Assembly: GCA_035505915.1 (NCBI GenBank)
Contig: DATJQI010000011.1
Coordinates: 44,221-108,220 of the forward strand
Length of the DNA stretch: 64,000 nt
Direction of reading: 5' to 3'
Source: Gemmatimonadales bacterium
Lineage (GTDB): Bacteria; Gemmatimonadota; Gemmatimonadetes; Gemmatimonadales; GWC2-71-9
Shown piece by piece: positions 59,533 to 64,000 of the stretch. Under the pieces are notes generated by a model. It saw nothing but the letters and a program-made list of their open reading frames with translations, had not been told where the DNA came from and searched no databases. The translations under genes and the position numbers were made by a program. The first letter of the stretch is position 1, and each line of letters opens with the position of its first letter.

Positions 59533-60408
59533 CTAGGACGCCTTGGAGCGCCGTCCGTAGCCGATGCTGAAGAGCTCCTTGGCGGCCTTGAGGCCGAGCG
59601 AATGGATGAGGGTGTAGACGCCGAGCACCGACAGGACGATGAAGGAGTAGACCCGCCAGAAGAGCAGCATCTTGACCTGCTCGTCCCCGAAGTCTCCGGC
59701 GAATCCCCGCAGGAACGCCGCTTCGATGCCCCCGCCCCCCGACGGGAGCGGGACGATCAGGGGCGCGGCGAGCAGCGCGAGCGCGCCGAAGAACATTTCG
59801 TCGAAATCGGGAGCATCGGACATGCCGTAGGCCAGCGCCGGCAGGATGGCCGCGCGCGCCGCCAGGCTCACGGCCGTCAGCCCCGCGTTGGCCGCCATCA
59901 CCCACCACGGCGCGCGCCGCACGTGCGCCCAGGCCACCCGCCACTGCCGGCGCACCCGGTGCCGGATGGTGCCCGCCTTCACGACCTTCTGGATCAGATA
60001 GATGGCGAGCAGCACCAGCAGGACCGCCAGCTCGATCGCGACCAGATCGGACGCGAGGTGATGCCGGAGCCACATCGCGGCCTGGGTCTCGAAATCCGGG
60101 ACGTAATAAATGGCCAGGCCCGCCGCCATCAGCAGGAACACCGGCCACTCGGCGGCCACTTCGACGCCGAGGCCCACCAGCGCCGGCACCACGCGGAGCC
60201 CCGACTCGGTCATGCCGACGAACCGGGCCGGCTCACCCCCGAGGCGGTTGGGGGTCAGCGCCGACGCGCCTTCGCCGTACAGGTTGAGCCGGACGGCGTG
60301 CCAGAGCGACAGGCGGCCGCCGGCGCACCACACCGACAGCTGAATCCGCCAGGCGCGCACCATCACGTCGAGCGCGAGCAGGAGGATGGCGAGCAGGTGG
60401 CCGATCAC
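59533..60408 (-). CDS. polytopic membrane protein (lysylphosphatidylglycerol-synthase-TM / flippase-like family)
   Basis: 291 aa, GTG start, about 8 hydrophobic segments. The motif LYGEGASALTPNRLGGEPARF resembles UPF0104 proteins (from memory). Confidence 0.6.
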   Translation of the reverse strand: MIGHLLAILLLALDVMVRAWRIQLSVWCAGGRLSLWHAVRLNLYGEGASALTPNRLGGEPARFVGMTESGLRVVPALVGLGVEVAAEWPVFLLMAAGLAIYYVPDFETQAAMWLRHHLASDLVAIELAVLLVLLAIYLIQKVVKAGTIRHRVRRQWRVAWAHVRRAPWWVMAANAGLTAVSLAARAAILPALAYGMSDAPDFDEMFFGALALLAAPLIVPLPSGGGGIEAAFLRGFAGDFGDEQVKMLLFWRVYSFIVLSVLGVYTLIHSLGLKAAKELFSIGYGRRSKAS

Positions 60409-60417
60409 GCCGCCCCG

Positions 60418-60606
60418 TCAGTCAGAGCAGTCTCCGAGCGGGTAGGTGAATCCGCAATTCCAGCAGGGGTTCTTGCAGCCGCGGGCTTTGGGCCGGACTT
60501 CCATCCCGCAGCGGAGGCAGACGGGCCGCGGCCTAGGCGGAGCGGCGGGCGCCGGCGAGGAAGGGGTTGGTGCGGCGCTCGGCGCCGATGGTAGTCGCAG
60601 GTCCAT
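60418..60606 (-). CDS. candidate small Cys-rich (zinc-ribbon-like) protein
   Basis: ATG at 60606 gives MDLRLPSAPSAAPTPSSPAPAAPPRPRPVCLRCGMEVRPKARGCKNPCWNCGFTYPLGDCSD (62 aa). It overlaps the MBL gene 3' end by 74 nt. A shorter option is ATG at 60504 (28 aa), which loses the first CxxC. It ends 10 nt before the next gene. Confidence 0.3.
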   Translation of the reverse strand: MDLRLPSAPSAAPTPSSPAPAAPPRPRPVCLRCGMEVRPKARGCKNPCWNCGFTYPLGDCSD

Positions 60607-61171
60607 GCCCGGGGTACACGATGGTCGAATCCGGGAGGACAAGCAACTCCCGCGCGATGCTGTCGAGCAGCGTGTCCGAATCGCCCCCCGGGAGGTCGGT
60701 GCGGCCGATGGACCCCTGAAAGAGCACGTCCCCCCCGAACACGAGGCCCGGCCCCACGAAGACCACGTGCCCGGGTGAGTGGCCCGGCGCGTGCCGGACC
60801 TCGAACTCCAGGCTCCCCACCCGCAGGCGGTCACCGGCCGCCAGCGTCCGGTCCGGAGGCGGCAGGGGCGCGGCTTCGAGGCCGAACCAGGCCGCCTGCT
60901 CCGGCACCGCGTCGTAGAGGGGACGGTCGTCGGGATGCAGGAACACCGGGGCCTTGGTGCCGGCCGCCAGGCGCGGGACGCCGAGGACGTGATCGATGTG
61001 GGCGTGCGTGAGCCAGATCCCCACGGGCGCGGCGCCCGAGGCGGCGAGCTTGTGCAGAATCAGGCCCGCCTGCTCACCCGGGTCGATGACCGCGCAGGCT
61101 CGCGCCTCCTCGTCGACGACGAGGTAGCAGTTCTCCACGAACTGGCCGCCCGGAATGGGGATCACCTTCAC
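60533..61171 (-). CDS. MBL-fold metallo-hydrolase (glyoxalase II-like)
   Basis: GTG at 61171 (GTGA overlap with trxB) gives VKVIPIPGGQFVENCYLV. Also the THAHIDHVLG motif and HAPGHSPGH. Confidence 0.88.
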   Translation of the reverse strand: MKVIPIPGGQFVENCYLVVDEEARACAVIDPGEQAGLILHKLAASGAAPVGIWLTHAHIDHVLGVPRLAAGTKAPVFLHPDDRPLYDAVPEQAAWFGLEAAPLPPPDRTLAAGDRLRVGSLEFEVRHAPGHSPGHVVFVGPGLVFGGDVLFQGSIGRTDLPGGDSDTLLDSIARELLVLPDSTIVYPGHGPATTIGAERRTNPFLAGARRSA

Positions 61172-62142
61172 GCGGGCACCCGCGCGTGCGCCTCGCGCCA
61201 CGACGCGAGGTACTTCTCCACCGCGATGGCGGCGGTGGTCGCATCCCCCACGGCCGTCGTGACCTGCCGTGTCACCTGGGCCCGCACGTCGCCGGCCGCG
61301 AAGAGGCCGGGGATGGACGTCATCATCCGCTCGTCGGTGAGAAGATACCCCGCGGCGTCGTGGCGCACGTGCCCTTCGACCAGTCCGGTGTTCGGCTTGA
61401 AGCCGATGAAGATGAACACGCCGCCGACCGGCAAGGTCGAGCGCGCGCCGGTCTTCACGTCCTCGAGCACCAGATGCCGGACGCCCCGCTCGCCGCCGGC
61501 GATCTCGGGAACGGTCTTGTTCCAGATCACTTCGATCTTCGGATTCGCGAACGCGCGCTCCTGCACGATCTTCGACGCCCGGAACTCGCCGCGGCGGTGC
61601 ACGATGTAGACCTTCGACGCGTACCGCGTGAGATAGTCGGCCTCCTCCACCGCCGCGTCTCCGCCGCCCACCACCGCCAGCACCTCGCCCTTGAAGAACG
61701 CGCCGTCACACACCGCGCAGTACGACACGCCCTTCCCGGCGTACTCCTTCTCCCCCGGAACGCCGAGTTTGACGGGCGTCCCGCCGGCGGTCAGGATCAC
61801 CGCCGGGGCCCGGTAGGTCGGTCCACCGATGGTGGGAACCAGGAAGCGGTCGTCGGGTCCCCGCCGCACCTGCTCCACCGTCGCGGTCTCGATCCGGGCG
61901 CCGAACTTCCGGGCGTGGTCGGCCATCTGCTGCGCCAGCTCCCACCCCTTGACGCTCGCGAAGCCCGGATAGTCTTCGATCAGGTCGGTGTTGAGCAGCT
62001 CGCCGCCCGGCGCCCCCCGCTCGAGCGTCACGGCGTTGAGCATGCCGCGCCCCGCGTACATCGCGGCGCACAGGCCCGCGGGCCCGGCCCCCACGATGAT
62101 CAGATCGAAGTCCTTGATCTCCTCGGTCATCGCTCCCGCCAT
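61168..62142 (-). CDS. trxB: thioredoxin-disulfide reductase
   Basis: DLIIVGAGPAG, redox-active CAVCDG, GGGDAAVEEA. The alternative ATG at 62130 forms an ATGA overlap with the DUF309 stop. Confidence 0.95.
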   Translation of the reverse strand: MAGAMTEEIKDFDLIIVGAGPAGLCAAMYAGRGMLNAVTLERGAPGGELLNTDLIEDYPGFASVKGWELAQQMADHARKFGARIETATVEQVRRGPDDRFLVPTIGGPTYRAPAVILTAGGTPVKLGVPGEKEYAGKGVSYCAVCDGAFFKGEVLAVVGGGDAAVEEADYLTRYASKVYIVHRRGEFRASKIVQERAFANPKIEVIWNKTVPEIAGGERGVRHLVLEDVKTGARSTLPVGGVFIFIGFKPNTGLVEGHVRHDAAGYLLTDERMMTSIPGLFAAGDVRAQVTRQVTTAVGDATTAAIAVEKYLASWREAHARVPA

Positions 62143-62477
62143 TCCAGTCGTGGGGGATCAGCTTCCCCCGCCAGGGCGCGCATCAGGCGCGCGCGGAACT
62201 CCACGGTTTCGAACTCGACGTCGGGGCGCTGCGGCACGTTCAGCCTCGCGACCGCGGCCGCGCCCACCTGCACCACACCCGCGCGGTTCTTCCGCGCCCG
62301 GTGCACCAGCGCGGCACAGGCCTGGATCAGGCCCTGCCACACCGCCCGCTCCTCGGCCCGCTCTCTATCTATAGAACGCCAGACGGTTTCCAGCGCCTCA
62401 TGCGCCAGCCAGAACTCCCCGCGGTTGAAGAGCTCCCGGGCCGTTTCCAGCTGAGCTTTCCGGGCCTCCGGAGTCAG
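62127..62477 (-). CDS. DUF309-domain protein
   Basis: ARELFNRGEFWLAHEALETVW...WQGLIQACAALVH is the DUF309 core. No in-frame ATG/GTG/TTG lies between the upstream stop and the domain. CTG at 62477 forms CTGA with the upstream TGA, so the start is uncertain. Confidence 0.7.
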   Translation of the reverse strand: MTPEARKAQLETARELFNRGEFWLAHEALETVWRSIDRERAEERAVWQGLIQACAALVHRARKNRAGVVQVGAAAVARLNVPQRPDVEFETVEFRARLMRALAGEADPPRLEWRER

Positions 62478-63211
62478 ACGGGCCCCAGGGCGAGGAGGTT
62501 CAGGGCGCCGTGGCAGCTCGAGACCGTCCCCACCAGGACCGCCGCGGGGGTCCCGGCCGCGCCGGTCCGGGCGACCAGCGCATCGCCCGCGAGGACCTGG
62601 TCGACCGCAAACGTACCCACGCCGAAGACGTGATGCTTGCACACGAAGAGGGCCGGACCCGCCACCGGGCGGCCGCCCCCCGACAGGCGCGTCCCCAGCG
62701 CGCGGATCGCGTCCCCCATCTCCCAGGTGCGGGGCGCCCCGATGGCCGGGCAGATGGCCGGTTCCACGCAGTGGGTGGGGCAGATCCAGTCCGCGTAGGA
62801 CACATAACGCGCGTGGTCCGGCGCGGACCGGTCGTACGGCAGATCGAGGGTTCCCGGGACCGGCTCGGCGGCCACGGACCGGCCCGGCCAGCGGGCCCGG
62901 GCGCGGCGGAGCAGCCACTCGAACATCAGGTGCGGCATGTGCGGGGACGGCACGATGAAATCCTGCGCGCCATCGGTCGATCCGAGGTAGGCGTCGAAGT
63001 ACGCCGACCACTCGGAGGCGACGAAGACGCGATCGGGCTCGGGAGCGAGCTCGCGCCGTGCCCGGCAGTCGGGGTCCCGGTCCACGACGACCACCCGCCG
63101 GAAGGCCGCCTTCCCCCGCGCACGGGCGCGGGACAGCTGGCCGGCGTAGAAAGTGCCGTAGCAGCCGCCGCCGACGATGATCACATCCCGCATCACCACC
63201 GGCGCCGTCAC
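62474..63211 (-). CDS. hypothetical Rossmann-fold (FAD/NAD-binding-like) Cys-rich protein
   Basis: GTG at 63211 (GTGA overlap), or ATG at 63193. VIIVGGGCYGTFYAG then VVVVDRD (dinucleotide-binding beta-alpha-beta). Cys cluster WICPTHCVEPAICP, plus FVCKHH and VSSCHG. No family recognised. Confidence 0.6.
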   Translation of the reverse strand: MTAPVVMRDVIIVGGGCYGTFYAGQLSRARARGKAAFRRVVVVDRDPDCRARRELAPEPDRVFVASEWSAYFDAYLGSTDGAQDFIVPSPHMPHLMFEWLLRRARARWPGRSVAAEPVPGTLDLPYDRSAPDHARYVSYADWICPTHCVEPAICPAIGAPRTWEMGDAIRALGTRLSGGGRPVAGPALFVCKHHVFGVGTFAVDQVLAGDALVARTGAAGTPAAVLVGTVSSCHGALNLLALGPV

Positions 63212-63945
63212 CGGATCACCCGTCCCCCGTCGACGACCAGGACCGTTCCCGTCACGTAATCGGCGGTGAGGAGATAGAGGATGGCGTGCACGACGTCCTG
63301 GGGGGACCCGAGCCGGCCCAGGGGCGTGGTCTCCGCGAAGTGCGCGCGGGTCTTGTCGTCCCAGTCTTCGGGCAGGAGCACCGCGCCGGGCGCGACCGCG
63401 TTGACCCGGATGTCCGGCGCCAGGGCGCGGGCGAGCCCCTTGGTCAGCATCACGACGCCGGCCTTGCTCACACCGTGGGGGACGTAGGCGGGCCACGGCT
63501 CGAGCGCCGCGTCATCGGCCAGATTGACGATCCGTCCCCCGCCCGGCGCCCGGCGGAGGTAGGAGAGCGCGCCCTGCGAGACGAAGAACGGCGCGCGAAG
63601 ATTCAGGTCGTTGGTCCGGTCCCACGATTCCGGCGTCACGTCCTCGACGGCCTGACGGACCATGATGGCCGCGGAGTTCACGACGATGTCGAGGCGGCCG
63701 CCCAGGGCATCGGCCGCCTGCGCTCCCAGGGCCCGGGCCGCGCCGGGATCGCTCAGGTCGGCGACCACCACCGGCGCCCGCCGCCCCAGCGCCTCGATCC
63801 GCCGCACCGTCTCCGCGCCGCCGTCCGGCGTTCCGTGCACGTGCACCGCCACGTCGCATCCGGCCCCCGCGAGGCCGACGGCGATGGCCTGGCCCACCCG
63901 GCGCCCCGCCCCGGTCACCAGGGCGGCCCGCCCCTCGAGGCTCAC
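63208..63945 (-). CDS. short-chain dehydrogenase/reductase (pteridine-reductase-like)
   Basis: ALVTGAGRRVGQAIA, NSAA, catalytic YVPHGVSKAG (YxxxK), ITGTVLVVDGG. GTG start overlaps the upstream TGA. Confidence 0.9.
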   Translation of the reverse strand: MSLEGRAALVTGAGRRVGQAIAVGLAGAGCDVAVHVHGTPDGGAETVRRIEALGRRAPVVVADLSDPGAARALGAQAADALGGRLDIVVNSAAIMVRQAVEDVTPESWDRTNDLNLRAPFFVSQGALSYLRRAPGGGRIVNLADDAALEPWPAYVPHGVSKAGVVMLTKGLARALAPDIRVNAVAPGAVLLPEDWDDKTRAHFAETTPLGRLGSPQDVVHAILYLLTADYVTGTVLVVDGGRVIR

Positions 63946-64000
63946 CGCCCGCGGGCACCCGCCAGCGGTACCACCTCCCCCGTGATCGGGCGGGAGTCGT
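63942..64000 (-). CDS. partial CDS, 3' end only (unidentified)
   Basis: The frame ending in TGA at 63944..63942 reads ...DSRPITGEVVPLAGARGR*. The stop overlaps the SDR GTG (GTGA), consistent with the pattern elsewhere in the window. Confidence 0.4.
   Translation of the reverse strand, partial: DSRPITGEVVPLAGARGR

Overview
This is a very GC-rich, tightly packed chromosomal segment from a bacterium with an outer membrane (BamD, an LptD-like protein and Tol-Pal are all present). I cannot assign a taxon from the sequence alone.

I support about 66 protein genes, and all but one are on the minus strand. Only rpmB and a tRNA-Leu(CAG) are on the plus strand.

Content in minus-strand transcription order (high to low coordinates):
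- SDR, Cys-rich Rossmann protein, DUF309, trxB, MBL hydrolase, a small Cys-rich ORF and a flippase-like membrane protein
- aspA, a DUF1761-like protein and a secreted beta-rich protein
- Rrf2 regulator plus a MoeZ-type adenylyltransferase-rhodanese
- smpB, amidase, lipoprotein, pyrD, pyrF
- rpmJ (TTG start, absent from the ORF track), rpsM, rpsK, rpsD, rpoA, rplQ
- A nucleotide-sugar block: gmd, rmd-like, then carB and murB embedded, then WbpD/E/B/A-like genes, ugd, uxs-like and an epimerase
- TPR, TPR, bamD, nadD, secA, radC, rel, uvrB, tsaE, tsaB, rimI
- ssb and a LysM protein
- Epimerase, tolQ, tolR, tolA, tolB, pal, cpoB, then one 1225-codon ORF that joins a complete TatC to an LptD-like outer-membrane protein
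- An FN3-like lipoprotein
- hutH, hutU, hutI
- An 810-aa TPR protein with an acidic linker, and an ispB-like gene

I saw no CRISPR array, transposase, integrase, rRNA or obvious defence system.

The most unusual items:
- The TatC::LptD-like fusion ORF.
- Pervasive NTGA stop/start overlaps: 18 GTGA, 2 ATGA and 2 CTGA. At the two CTGA junctions only a CTG start fits the conserved N-terminus.
- A nested inverted and direct repeat element in front of hutH.
- A 26-kb run of 22 functionally unrelated genes with no gap above 56 bp.

Most long plus-strand ORFs in the track are mirror-frame artefacts of the high GC content. Many minus-strand track ORFs have spurious N-terminal extensions, which I trimmed using homology logic and the overlap pattern.
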